A stretch of 64,000 bases of DNA from NCBI GenBank assembly GCA_038206475.1, contig JBBRAU010000001.1, forward strand, positions 71,235 through 135,234. Reading direction: 5' to 3'. Source of the DNA: Patescibacteria group bacterium. GTDB lineage: Bacteria; Patescibacteriota; UBA1384; JBBRAU01. A program made the translations under genes and the position numbers. The stretch's first letter is position 1. Every line of letters begins with the position of its first letter. Shown here one piece after another: positions 1 to 9,056 of the stretch. The notes beneath the pieces were generated by a model, which made no database searches, was not told the origin of the DNA, and saw only the letters and a list, made by a program, of their open reading frames with translations.

Positions 1-786
1 AGCAAACAGGTCGCGGTTATAGAAGAGGGCGAGCGTATCGATGCTCCAGGGTAGTGCGTACAGCTTGTGGTCGCCGGTCAGTGCCGCTTGATCTACTTTG
101 CCGCTCTTGTCGGCCAGCGGCCTGGGCCAGATCAAATCAAAACCAGCCGACGGCGAGTAAGCGCTCAGGAAGTTAGTGACGCTTAAGCTGCTCGGGGCCG
201 GCGTTAGCTTATCCTTTTGACGGGCCAACCAATCGTTCCGGATTTGCAGAATATCCGGCGGATTGCCCTCGGCGATGGCATTGTTTAGATCGACTTCGTA
301 GGTGGCAAAGTCTTTTTTTACATAGTGAATGGTGACGTTGGGATGAGCAGCGTGGTAGGCGTCGGTCAATGTTTGGACAGCATCGGCGTTCTCAAACAAC
401 CCCCACATCGTCAGCTCCATTGTTTGCGGCGTAGTAGTGGTTGGCTTTGAACGACCGACCAGCTTTGGCAGCAGCCAAATGAGCAAACCAATAATGGCTA
501 CGGCAGCAATGACACCCAAAATGAGCGGCAACTTTATTTTACGCTTGGCTATCGCTAAACGATTAGGAGAGACGGATTTCGGCGGCACAACCGAAGCTGG
601 TAACGGCGGTGGAGTTACAAAAGCAGCCGGCGGCGGAGTGGCAGGTGAAGCGGGGGCTTCAAGTTGTGTAGGCGCCGGCGCACCACTCTCAGCATGTGGT
701 TCAGGCGACGCGCCTTTGGCTGGTGGTGGCGCCAGCGGCGTTTCTGGTGGTTCGGCCACGTCCTCTCCTTTTTTAGCAACTGCCAT
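1..786 (-). CDS. ABC transporter substrate-binding protein (solute-binding family 1-like), C-terminus beyond window start; Pro-rich N-terminal extension then one TM helix
   Basis: Manual minus-strand translation gives an uninterrupted frame running off position 1 (..LAIAKRKIKLPLILGVIAAVAIIGLL..TMELTMWGLFENADAVQTLTDAYHAAHPNVTIHYVKKDFATYE..). ATG is at 786 and an alternative GTG at 759 is preceded by AAGGAGAGG. The ORF track omits it because it is open-ended. The plus ORF 437..811 is its antisense. Confidence 0.6.
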   Translation of the reverse strand, partial: MAVAKKGEDVAEPPETPLAPPPAKGASPEPHAESGAPAPTQLEAPASPATPPPAAFVTPPPLPASVVPPKSVSPNRLAIAKRKIKLPLILGVIAAVAIIGLLIWLLPKLVGRSKPTTTTPQTMELTMWGLFENADAVQTLTDAYHAAHPNVTIHYVKKDFATYEVDLNNAIAEGNPPDILQIRNDWLARQKDKLTPAPSSLSVTNFLSAYSPSAGFDLIWPRPLADKSGKVDQAALTGDHKLYALPWSIDTLALFYNRDLFA

Positions 787-895
787 ACGGCAACAGAGCC
801 GCAGCGGTTAAGTGGCAACTATAGTGTAGCGCAGACGAGAGGTGTGGGCTATGCCACGACAGCACATGATGCCGCAGACGCCAGCCCGCGCCGGT

Positions 896-1765
896 TTACT
901 TAAGGACGGTTTTTAGGTAGCGGCTGAAAGCTGCTTCCACGTCAGGATCGCGCAGGGCAAACTCGACATTTGCTTTCAGATAACCCAATTTATTGCCGCA
1001 GTCGTAGTAGGTGCCATTATTAATCCTCCGAGCGTAAACCGCCTCGTGTTGAGCCAGCGCATTAATAGCCTCGGGCAGCCAAATTTCTCCGGCTTTACCA
1101 GGCTTCTGCTGGCGCAGCAGCTCAAAAATAGTCGGCGACAAGACGTAGCCGCCGATGGCCCGTAGTTTCGACGGTTCTTGGCCTAGGCCCGGCTTTTCAA
1201 TGACCGCTTCTACTTTCGTCACCTGATCAGTCACCCGAATGCCTTTAACAAAACCATAGCGCTCTGCATCTTCTGGGCTCTCCTGCGGCAGGACAGAAAT
1301 AATCGAGCCGTGATACTCAGCAAACGAATCAAGTAATTGCTTGATCCAGCCCGGCTCAGCGTAGACAAATTCATCCCCCCAGACGACTAGGAAGGGCTCG
1401 TCACCAACCACCTCAGCCGCCTGCAAGACGGCATGGCCGTTGCCGAGCTGCTCCTTTTGCCGAACGTAGACAAATTTGGCCATATCAGAGATGCGCCGAA
1501 TTTCGTGGTACATCTCCATTTTGCCGGCTTGTTTGAGCCGCTCTTCCAGCTCAAAGTTGTAGTCAAAATGATCTTCGATTGGCCGTTTATTGGAGCCGGT
1601 AATTAAAATAACCTCTTCAATGCCAGCACCAACCGCCTCTTCAACGATGTATTGGATAATTGGCTTGTCGACAATTGGCAGCATCTCTTTGGGCTGCGCT
1701 TTGGTGGCTGGTAAAAAACGCGTACCAAAACCGGCCGCCGGAATAACCATTTTGCGAATCTTCAT
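896..1765 (-). CDS. galU: UTP--glucose-1-phosphate uridylyltransferase
   Basis: N-terminus MKIRKMVIPAAGFGTRFLPATKAQPKEMLPIVDKPIIQY is the canonical GalU nucleotidyltransferase motif; 289 aa. Confidence 0.85.
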   Translation of the reverse strand: MKIRKMVIPAAGFGTRFLPATKAQPKEMLPIVDKPIIQYIVEEAVGAGIEEVILITGSNKRPIEDHFDYNFELEERLKQAGKMEMYHEIRRISDMAKFVYVRQKEQLGNGHAVLQAAEVVGDEPFLVVWGDEFVYAEPGWIKQLLDSFAEYHGSIISVLPQESPEDAERYGFVKGIRVTDQVTKVEAVIEKPGLGQEPSKLRAIGGYVLSPTIFELLRQQKPGKAGEIWLPEAINALAQHEAVYARRINNGTYYDCGNKLGYLKANVEFALRDPDVEAAFSRYLKTVLK

Positions 1766-1807
1766 ATATACTCCTGAGGCGGCAAGTCTGTTTGTTAAAG
1801 CGTCCGC

Positions 1808-2260
1808 CTAAGCGGCTTCCACTTTGACAACTTTGGTGCGCAGCCGCTCAATTTTTGGCAAGGTAACGGTTAAAATGCCGTCTTTCAAGACCGCCTGGGC
1901 CCGCTCTGCGTTAACGGCGACTGGTAGCTGGTAAACACGGGAGAAAGCGCCCCAATAGCATTCTTGGCTAAAATAGTCGCGGTGCGCCTCAGTCATCTCG
2001 TCTTTGCGCTCGCCTTTAATTGTGACTGTCTCGTCGGTAACCGCAATATCTAAATGCTCCGGCTTAACGCCGGCAATCGGTGCTTTAATCACCACATCAT
2101 CAGCGGTTTGGTAAACGTCGATTGCTAATTGGCCTTCCAACGGCTCTTCAGTGGCAGCTGAAGCCAGCCAGTCGGATTCGACTGGTGTCTCCTCATCGTC
2201 AGCTAAAAGTTTGGCTGCTTGAGCAATTTTCTTCAGCGGATTTCTACTCTCGTCGGACAT
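1808..2260 (-). CDS. Hsp20/alpha-crystallin family small heat shock protein
   Basis: The C-terminal GILTVTLPK motif and overall length match the Hsp20 family. The ORF-track start at 2275 is TTG. The likely ATG at 2260 (MSDESRNPL) has AAAGG 5 nt upstream. Confidence 0.7.
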   Translation of the reverse strand: MSDESRNPLKKIAQAAKLLADDEETPVESDWLASAATEEPLEGQLAIDVYQTADDVVIKAPIAGVKPEHLDIAVTDETVTIKGERKDEMTEAHRDYFSQECYWGAFSRVYQLPVAVNAERAQAVLKDGILTVTLPKIERLRTKVVKVEAA

Positions 2261-2385
2261 CAGAACCTTTCTCAACCAGTGCGCTTCTTTTGCACTTGAC
2301 CTATGCTACCAGTGTGGCGAAACTATGCAATAACGTCAACGAACTGGTTAGTCGGGCACCGCGTCTGAGGCTGCGCGATTATCTC

Positions 2386-3018
2386 ATGCCTGAGTCATGT
2401 ATTCTCTGTGGTCGGCTTAGCCAGAGCCTGTGCCACAACTGCCAAGAGCTACTGCTGAGTCGCGTCCGCTTCGGCACTTGTGGCGCGTGCGGCCGTGTCC
2501 TCCGCCGTGAACGCTGCGTAAAGTGCACCATCCGCCTACCTAAAGTGCGCCGCGCCGTGGCGCTTGGACCCTACAAAGAAGAAATCTGGCAGCAGCTGAT
2601 CATTCAGCTTAAATTTCACAACCAACCAAGCTTAGCCGATTGGCTTGGCCGGCTACTTGGCCTCGTCATCCAGCGCGAACTACCAGAGCGACCGAGCTGT
2701 CTCGTGCCCATACCCAGCAGCCGCTCGCGAATCAGAGAGCGCGGCTACAATCAGGCTGTCCTATTGGCTGAAGCGATCAACCGCGAACTGGCTGTGCCGG
2801 TTCATTTTCACCTGGCACGTCAAAGCAACCTGCACCAAGTTGGTCACAGCCGGAAGGAGCGTTTAGCGCAAGCCGATCATTTTTTTCGACTCAAAAGTGA
2901 GGCGTGTCCACGTCCGCTGCTTATAGATGACGTAATCACGACCGGTGCCACGTTACTGGCCGCCGCCAGCACGCTTGACAGGCGCTGCGATGCTGCTGTC
3001 GTGGCGTATGACGTGTAA
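2386..3018 (+). CDS. comFC: ComF-family phosphoribosyltransferase (competence protein ComFC-like)
   Basis: N-terminal Cys cluster (CILCGRL..CHNC..CGAC), a RERGYNQA motif and the C-terminal PRTase signature LLIDDVITTGATL. The start was moved to the in-frame ATG at 2386 because the 2122 start overlaps hsp20. Confidence 0.7.
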   Translation: MPESCILCGRLSQSLCHNCQELLLSRVRFGTCGACGRVLRRERCVKCTIRLPKVRRAVALGPYKEEIWQQLIIQLKFHNQPSLADWLGRLLGLVIQRELPERPSCLVPIPSSRSRIRERGYNQAVLLAEAINRELAVPVHFHLARQSNLHQVGHSRKERLAQADHFFRLKSEACPRPLLIDDVITTGATLLAAASTLDRRCDAAVVAYDV

Positions 3019-3027
3019 TATAAAACC

Positions 3028-3045
3028 GGAGACAAAGCTCCGGAG
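3028..3045. terminator. Hairpin CCGGAG-acaaag-CTCCGG shared by convergent comF and a small minus-strand ORF
   Basis: Perfect 6-bp stem immediately after the comF stop, and 5 nt beyond the stop of the small minus-strand ORF. Confidence 0.4.
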
Positions 3046-3049
3046 AAAA

Positions 3050-3199
3050 TTAGCGAAACGGCCGACCTGTAACTGATACTGGATGAACCGAAGAATGCCG
3101 TTGGTTGTGCAGACGGAAAGCCATGTTTTGCAGTAAAATACCGAATACCACCGCTGCCATAAACCACCAAAAGAGGCACGAACTGCGTGGCTTTTGCAT
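3050..3199 (-). CDS. Hypothetical small membrane protein (~49 aa)
   Basis: GGAGG SD lies 6 nt upstream of ATG (minus strand). The translation MQKPRSSCLFWWFMAAVVFGILLQNMAFRLHNQ... contains one predicted TM helix. It is not in the ORF track because it is under 60 aa. Confidence 0.3.
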   Translation of the reverse strand: MQKPRSSCLFWWFMAAVVFGILLQNMAFRLHNQRHSSVHPVSVTGRPFR

Positions 3200-3253
3200 C
3201 ATAAACCTCCCATTTCTTTCAAGAGCGGGTAATTGTAGAGGAGTTGGTTACAA

Positions 3254-3330
3254 ATGGTACACCCGGCAGGACTTGAACCTGCGACCTTCGGCTCCGCAAG
3301 CCGACGTTCTATCCACTGAACTACGGGTGC
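3254..3330 (-). tRNA. tRNA-Arg, anticodon read as GCG
   Basis: Manual cloverleaf: acceptor GCACCCG, D-arm GTTC/AGTGGATA/GAAC, anticodon stem TCGGC with loop TTGCGGA, T-arm GCAGG/TTCAAGT/CCTGC, then CCA encoded. Confidence 0.8.
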
Positions 3331-3472
3331 AAGCAGCAGTCTCGGAGCGCAGCTCCGGGGCTAGTGCCTATACCTGTTTTTGTCGTTTAGTGGCCAGGAT
3401 ACTATAGGTAATCTTGGTATCTGGGCACCAAGGACTATAAATTAACAGAAAACAATAAAAATAACTAGCCTT

Positions 3473-3563
<91 letters not shown>

Positions 3564-3575
3564 AGATGCGTGTTG

Positions 3576-4439
3576 TTAACGGCGGTCGCCTTTCTTACGA
3601 ATCGTGATTTCGACTGAGCCGCGCTTCTCCCGTTTTATCTCGCTAGGCATAGACAAGCTAGCCGCCTCACCGATTTCGGCCGCCTCGGACGGGGCCGCTA
3701 GCGTCTCTACGCGCGACGGGACTAACTCGCCGCGGCGGAAAAACCAGAGCTGTTGGGCAACGGTAAACAGGTTAGTCGTGATCCAATAGAGCGGCAGTGC
3801 CGGCGGCAAGCTCAAAGCAATCACAAACGAAACTGCCGGCATCGTAAACATCAACTGGCGGTTCATCTCCGCGCCCGGTTGTTTAATAGTTGGCTGGAGC
3901 ATGCGAGTTTGCCAGAACTGAATAAGGGCCGCTGCCAGTGCTAAACCAATAACCGCCAGCATTGCCGCGTTTGGTGGAAAATGAATACGTTCAACGTGGG
4001 TCAAACTCAAGCCAAATAGTGAGCTGCCAACATTGGTTGGATGGGGTGTAAAGCTGTAAATGTCTTTTGCTGGCAACGCAGAGAGGTTAGCCCGAAACAC
4101 ACTATACAGCACAAACAGAAACGGCAGCTGGACTAAAAGCGGCAGGCAGCCGCCAAACGGGTTGACGCCTTCCTTTTTGTAGAGCTTATTCATCTCGGCA
4201 TTTTGACGGGCAGGTTCGCCTTTAAACTCTTCGCGAATGCGGTTCATGACTGGCTGTAGTCGCTGAAGTTTGATTTGGGCAACTAAGCCGCGGTAGGAGA
4301 GCCGAATAAACAGCAGGCGCACTAATAGCGTTAGCAGTACCACTGCGACGGCTAAATTATGACCAGGCGTAACTGCCAGCAGCCACAACATAATGTTTAA
4401 GAGAGGCTGATAAATAAGCAAATGAAATAGGGCGGCCAT
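3576..4439 (-). CDS. yidC: Membrane protein insertase YidC (short form)
   Basis: Polytopic membrane protein in the conserved rnpA-yidD-yidC context. The start was moved to the ATG at 4437-4439, which overlaps the yidD stop as TAATG. The ORF-track start at 4547 would overlap yidD by 109 nt. Confidence 0.75.
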   Translation of the reverse strand: MAALFHLLIYQPLLNIMLWLLAVTPGHNLAVAVVLLTLLVRLLFIRLSYRGLVAQIKLQRLQPVMNRIREEFKGEPARQNAEMNKLYKKEGVNPFGGCLPLLVQLPFLFVLYSVFRANLSALPAKDIYSFTPHPTNVGSSLFGLSLTHVERIHFPPNAAMLAVIGLALAAALIQFWQTRMLQPTIKQPGAEMNRQLMFTMPAVSFVIALSLPPALPLYWITTNLFTVAQQLWFFRRGELVPSRVETLAAPSEAAEIGEAASLSMPSEIKREKRGSVEITIRKKGDRR

Positions 4440-4678
4440 TAGCGACAAACCTTCAACTGCTGCCAACCCAGGCGCAGACCCTGGCTTGGGCCGTGAAGCA
4501 AAATAGCCTGGCGGGTATACTCGCTGCAGGTCGGCTGAAAACGGCAAACGCCCCGCGGGAACAATACCCGGCCAAGTAAACTATGGTCAGGCGACACTGT
4601 CACTTGATACAGCCAAATACAGCTCGAGAGTAAGTATTTAATCATGGAGAAGTTTTGTTTGCCGAAGTAGTTGCTCAA
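4439..4678 (-). CDS. yidD: Membrane protein insertion efficiency factor YidD
   Basis: YQ..VSP...CRFQPTCSEY motif; located between rnpA and yidC. Confidence 0.75.
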   Translation of the reverse strand: MSNYFGKQNFSMIKYLLSSCIWLYQVTVSPDHSLLGRVLFPRGVCRFQPTCSEYTRQAILLHGPSQGLRLGWQQLKVCR

Positions 4679-4985
4679 GCGCAGACGAGAGTGCAGCGTG
4701 GTTATCTTCCGGAAACCGCCGGCGGACCTGAATTAAGATATCCACCCCTGGCTGCAGCTTACCCTGCAGTTCTGCTAAGTCGGCCCGAATCATCCGTTTG
4801 TAGCGGTTGCGGATAACCGCCCGTTTATCAACTTTCTTCCCAACGACGACCGTTCCGCGCCACAAACCACCACGCACACGCGAACGCACAACCAGTAACA
4901 ACTCAGAGCTCTTGAAGCGGCGGCCGTGGCGAAGAATCGCCTCAACCTCGTACCGACGACGAAGACGGTGACTGCTCGGAAGCAT
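4638..4985 (-). CDS. rnpA: Ribonuclease P protein component
   Basis: Basic 115-aa protein with an RLRR motif, in the conserved position downstream of rpmH. Confidence 0.8.
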   Translation of the reverse strand: MLPSSHRLRRRYEVEAILRHGRRFKSSELLLVVRSRVRGGLWRGTVVVGKKVDKRAVIRNRYKRMIRADLAELQGKLQPGVDILIQVRRRFPEDNHAALSSALEQLLRQTKLLHD

Positions 4986-4990
4986 ACGGT

Positions 4991-5128
4991 TTAGCGTGCA
5001 GCGGTACGGGTGAGCTGACTGCGTCCCTTAGCTCGCCGGGCTGACAATACATTACGACCAGCTTTGGTTTGCATACGGGAGCGAAAACCGGAGGTTTTAC
5101 TCATTTTACGGGTAGGGCTTTTTTGCAT
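4991..5128 (-). CDS. rpmH: 50S ribosomal protein L34
   Basis: Manual translation MQKSPTRKMSKTSGFRSRMQTKAGRNVLSARRAKGRSQLTRTAAR matches the L34 signature (GFR.RM.TK.GR.VL..RRAKGR). It is under 60 aa and so absent from the ORF track. Confidence 0.75.
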   Translation of the reverse strand: MQKSPTRKMSKTSGFRSRMQTKAGRNVLSARRAKGRSQLTRTAAR

Positions 5129-5196
5129 TCCGTTCCTTTATCTCTTGTATTGAATAGCTATATGTGACGATACGACAAAATAGCGCTGAATTCAAG

Positions 5197-5205
5197 GTTG
5201 CGGCC
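5197..5205. promoter_or_regulatory. Consensus DnaA box TGTGGATAA upstream of dnaA
   Basis: Exact 9-mer (reverse complement of TTATCCACA) about 55 nt upstream of the dnaA GTG start. Confidence 0.5.
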
Positions 5206-5259
5206 TGTGGATAACTTTGATTATGTGAGTGGAGGAGAAGAACGAAAAAAAGGAAGGCC

Positions 5260-6609
5260 GTGGTGGATATCAACAAGGTTTGGGACGCAGCACTGGTTGA
5301 ACTCAAAGCAAGCATCTCGCAAGCAACCTTCCAAACCTGGTTTTCTGACGCCTATATTGAGGATTACGACAACAAACAGCTGACTATCGCTGTCCGCACC
5401 ATTTTCCATAAAGCGAGGTTTGACCACGACTTTCGCCGGCCACTGCAGGAAATTATCAGCCGCCTCTCAGATAGCGAAGTTGAGAGTGTAGTCGCCACAG
5501 TAGACAGTAAACCAGCACCAGAGAAGGCGGCGGCTGAAGGCGGCTTATTTGCCGCGGCAGCAAAACCAACAATAAAAGCACCTCAAGCCAACCCAACTAT
5601 TAAGCCAAAATATACCTTTGAAACGTTCATCATTGGCAACCACAATCAACTAGCCAACGCCGCCTCAAAAGCCGCTGCCGATAACCCCGGCGAAACATAC
5701 AACCCACTCTTTATCTACGGCGGGCCAGGACTTGGTAAGACACATTTAATGCAAGCAATCGGGAACGCCGTTTGGAAACGGCGGCCTGGGACATCCGTGC
5801 TTTACGTTTCTTGCGAGCAATTTACCAACGACTTTATTCAGTCGGTCTCAAGCGGCCGCATGAAATACTTCAAAGATAACTACCGCACTGTTGATATCCT
5901 CTTAATTGATGATATTCAATTCTTAACCAAGAAACAGGGAACGCAAGAAGAGTTTTTTCACACTTTTAACACGCTTCACCAAGCCAATAAACAAATTGTA
6001 CTCACCTCTGACCGACCACCAAAAGCCTTAAATGGTTTAGAGGATCGTTTGGTTTCTCGATTTGAATGGGGAATAGTGGCCGATATTCAACCACCAGACT
6101 ATGAGACCAGAATGGCAATTTTACTATCAAAATGCCGAGAGAAAAATATCTCCGTCAACCCAGATATTTTAGAGTTTTTAGCCCGCCGAATAGAGGAGAA
6201 TGTACGAGAATTGGAAGGGGCGTTAAATAAGGTTATTGGCCTAACCCTACTGCAACCCAATATCACTATCACTCAAGTTGAGCAAGCAATGCGTGAGATG
6301 GCACCTATCTTTAAACGACAGGCGCCACCAATTCAACACATCTTTACCGCTGTTGCCCGATTTTACAATATTGATGTAAACGACTTGCTTGGCTCTCGGC
6401 GCCAGCGTGAATTAGTTCGACCGCGTCAAGTTGGGATGTATTTAGCGAAACAGTTAACTAGTTTATCATATCCAGCAATTGGTAAAGAAATGCGTGGTAA
6501 AGATCACACCACCGTCATCCATGGTGTTAGAAAAATTGAAGCAGATTTAAAAACTGATCCAACATTATATCAAGAGATTAATGAGGTGAAAGAGAAGTTA
6601 TTCTCTTGA
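5260..6609 (+). CDS. dnaA: Chromosomal replication initiator DnaA
   Basis: AAA+ Walker A GPGLGKTHL, sensor and box motifs, and the C-terminal DNA-binding helix (KDHTTVIHG); 449 aa, GTG start. Confidence 0.95.
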   Translation: MVDINKVWDAALVELKASISQATFQTWFSDAYIEDYDNKQLTIAVRTIFHKARFDHDFRRPLQEIISRLSDSEVESVVATVDSKPAPEKAAAEGGLFAAAAKPTIKAPQANPTIKPKYTFETFIIGNHNQLANAASKAAADNPGETYNPLFIYGGPGLGKTHLMQAIGNAVWKRRPGTSVLYVSCEQFTNDFIQSVSSGRMKYFKDNYRTVDILLIDDIQFLTKKQGTQEEFFHTFNTLHQANKQIVLTSDRPPKALNGLEDRLVSRFEWGIVADIQPPDYETRMAILLSKCREKNISVNPDILEFLARRIEENVRELEGALNKVIGLTLLQPNITITQVEQAMREMAPIFKRQAPPIQHIFTAVARFYNIDVNDLLGSRRQRELVRPRQVGMYLAKQLTSLSYPAIGKEMRGKDHTTVIHGVRKIEADLKTDPTLYQEINEVKEKLFS

Positions 6610-6883
6610 GTTTTCCCCAAGCTGTGTCTTATTAAGTTTTGTTATATATAACCAGTAGTAGTGGTGGTAGTGCTGGGGATAGTGAGGATAAGACGAGTGG
6701 CGGCACCGTGATGAGAATGGGGAAAAGTGCTGGATAAAGCGTGAATAGTGGGGTATAGAGAGAGGAGAAGGTGGGGATAGAATAGTCGGCGCCGAAAAAG
6801 GAATGTTTCTGTCCGGCGTAAGTTAGTAATTATTATCCGCGGTCTATCCACAAGTTGTCCACAGGGGTTGGTAAGGAGAAATA
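6610..6883. promoter_or_regulatory. oriC (dnaA-dnaN intergenic): AT-rich DUE, purine-rich GGATA(G/A) repeats, three phased DnaA boxes
   Basis: TTATCCgCg (6833), cTATCCACA (6844) and TTgTCCACA (6855) lie in direct orientation at 11-bp spacing. AT-rich TTATATATAACC is at ~6640. The G/A-rich stretch 6655-6800 holds several GGATAG and GGATAA units, which are reverse-orientation box cores. Confidence 0.7.
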
Positions 6884-8002
6884 ATGCAGGTTGAGATTGA
6901 ACGGGAGCAGTTGTCGCAAGCCGTGTCGCGGGTGAGCCGTATTATTGCCCTCCGCCCAGCATTGCCGATGCTGGCTAATATTTTACTCACCCAGTCAGAG
7001 CAGTCACTTGAGTTGTTTGCGACTGATTTAGAGTTGGGTATTGTTACAACCATTCCCTTAACAAAAGACACTCCCCATGATACTTCACAGTTAGTTATTC
7101 CGGCTCGCCCATTGTTTGAGTTTTTAGCCACCAACACTGATCAGCGCATCACCCTCACCTCGAACGGTCCAGGTCTGCGTCTGGAGAGCGAACATATGAA
7201 GGCGGAAATTTCTGGTGTTGAGCTTGGTGAATTTCCGACACCGCCAACCGATACACCTAAATATCAAATAACGGTTAAAAAGATTGATTTTATTCAGGCG
7301 CTGCGCCAGGTTGGGATTGCGCCAGCGGCCCAGGATACGCGACCGGTGCTGACGGGGATGTTGGTTGTTGTGAGGGAGGCTATATTGACCTTAGTGGCAA
7401 CGGACAGCTTCCGTTTAGCCGAGAAGCACCTGACCATTACTGCACCAGAATCGGTGCTGCCGAGCATAATTATTCCCGGTCGTACGGCCAGCGAGTTGCT
7501 GCGCCTAGCAGGGACGGACAGCCACGGTGATGTTGAATTTCGCTTTGATGAGCACCAGTGCCAATTTTTGGTTGGTGGAACTCGTCTTGTTTCACGGTTG
7601 ATTGACGGCAGTTTTCCAGCCTACCAGGGGATTATCCCGCAAGCCTTCCAAACCGAGGCACACCTTAAGCGGGCAGAGCTTTTGAGCTTAGTTAAAGCCG
7701 CTAATGTTTTCTCGCGCGAAAGCGGCTCAAGTATCAAAATGAATTTTTCAACAGATGGCTTTATCCAGGTTCGCTCTGGACAGGGTCAGTTTGGCCAAGT
7801 AGAGACCAGGATGGAGGCTGAAGTAACCGGTGAGTCTATTGAGATCGCTTTCAACGCCCGCTTCGTTCTAGACGTTTTAAATGTCTTATCTGGCCAGGAT
7901 ATTGTCTTCCGCCTTAACGGCAAAACCACGCCAGCGCTGGTGACGACGCCGGATGACCCAAACTATCGCTACGTAATGACACCGCTGCGGATTGAAGGCT
8001 AG
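6884..8002 (+). CDS. dnaN: DNA polymerase III beta sliding clamp
   Basis: 372 aa with three-domain clamp architecture, immediately downstream of dnaA and oriC; AAGGAG RBS. Confidence 0.95.
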   Translation: MQVEIEREQLSQAVSRVSRIIALRPALPMLANILLTQSEQSLELFATDLELGIVTTIPLTKDTPHDTSQLVIPARPLFEFLATNTDQRITLTSNGPGLRLESEHMKAEISGVELGEFPTPPTDTPKYQITVKKIDFIQALRQVGIAPAAQDTRPVLTGMLVVVREAILTLVATDSFRLAEKHLTITAPESVLPSIIIPGRTASELLRLAGTDSHGDVEFRFDEHQCQFLVGGTRLVSRLIDGSFPAYQGIIPQAFQTEAHLKRAELLSLVKAANVFSRESGSSIKMNFSTDGFIQVRSGQGQFGQVETRMEAEVTGESIEIAFNARFVLDVLNVLSGQDIVFRLNGKTTPALVTTPDDPNYRYVMTPLRIEG

Positions 8003-9056
8003 GGTGTTGCAGCTGCCAGCGTTGCAGCTGACGAACTTCCGTTCACACACTGACTTGCAGTTGACGCTGGGTGAACAAACGATTTTGCTCGGTCCTAACG
8101 GCGCCGGCAAAACCAACATTTTAGAAGCGATTTATTTTTTAGCCACGACCAGTGGTTTTCGCGGTAAGGGCGACGCCATATTAATCCGTGAGCATGAGAC
8201 GGTAGCCCGGGTAGTTGGCGGTGAGTTTGAGGCAGCACTGGCCAAAGATGGCCGGCGTACGAAGAAAATATTCAAGCTGCGCGGGCTTGAGAAGAAGCTG
8301 AGTGAAGTACCCGGCGAGCTGCCGGTGGTGCTGTTTTCTCCCGAGCTGCTCCAGGTGATTGCTGGCAGTCCAGCCGAGCGACGGCGATTTTTGAACCTAT
8401 TTCTGGCCCAACTTGACCTGCGCTATGCGACGCTGCTTCAGAAGTATCGCCTACGCCTATTGCAGCGCAACGCTCTATTGCAAGCGATTAAGAATGGCGA
8501 GCGTAAAGAGGAGGAGCTGCAGTTTTGGGACACGGAGCTTGCGGCAGTCGGAGGGCAGATCACCTCCGCCCGCCGTCAGTTTTTGGCTAATCTCAGCCGC
8601 GTGCTCGAACAGACCGCTCTACCAATGTTGAACTTACATGAAGTCAGTTTGCGTCTGATTGAGACTGTACCCCACGGGCGTAGTTTAGAGGAAGCACTGA
8701 TGGCGGCGCGCGGTACGGATGTGCGCTACGGCCAAACAACGGTTGGACCGCATCGCGACGACCTCAGTTTTCGCTTTCTCGGCAAAGCCTTAGCAGACTT
8801 TGGCTCGCGGGGGGAGTGGCGGCGGGCGCTGCTAACTGTTCAGTTTGCCGTGCTGTTGCTACTGGAAGAGGCCGGCAAAACCGGTCTGCTGCTGCTTGAT
8901 GATGTCTATTCAGAGCTTGATGCCGAGCACCGGCATCTCTTGTCGGCCATGATTGCCGGTCGGCCGGTTGTTGTCACAACCACCGAACGGGCTAATATCG
9001 GCGGTGAACTGCCAACGTCGGCGACGGTTATTGAGGTGGTGCGCCATGAGCCTTGA
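7992..9056 (+). CDS. recF: DNA replication and repair protein RecF
   Basis: Walker A GPNGAGKTN and ABC signature-like LLLDDVYSELD; overlaps dnaN by 11 nt. Confidence 0.9.
   Translation: MKARVLQLPALQLTNFRSHTDLQLTLGEQTILLGPNGAGKTNILEAIYFLATTSGFRGKGDAILIREHETVARVVGGEFEAALAKDGRRTKKIFKLRGLEKKLSEVPGELPVVLFSPELLQVIAGSPAERRRFLNLFLAQLDLRYATLLQKYRLRLLQRNALLQAIKNGERKEEELQFWDTELAAVGGQITSARRQFLANLSRVLEQTALPMLNLHEVSLRLIETVPHGRSLEEALMAARGTDVRYGQTTVGPHRDDLSFRFLGKALADFGSRGEWRRALLTVQFAVLLLLEEAGKTGLLLLDDVYSELDAEHRHLLSAMIAGRPVVVTTTERANIGGELPTSATVIEVVRHEP

Noticed and set aside
437-811. Plus-strand 124-aa Gly/Ala-rich ORF
   Set aside because: It is pure low-complexity sequence and lies antisense to a well-supported ABC substrate-binding protein gene on the minus strand. 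It is an artefact of GC-rich antisense.
3105-3407. Plus-strand 100-aa ORF spanning the tRNA-Arg gene, plus minus ORF 2877..3179
   Set aside because: They overlap a clear tRNA or are antisense to comF, and they have no RBS or recognisable product.
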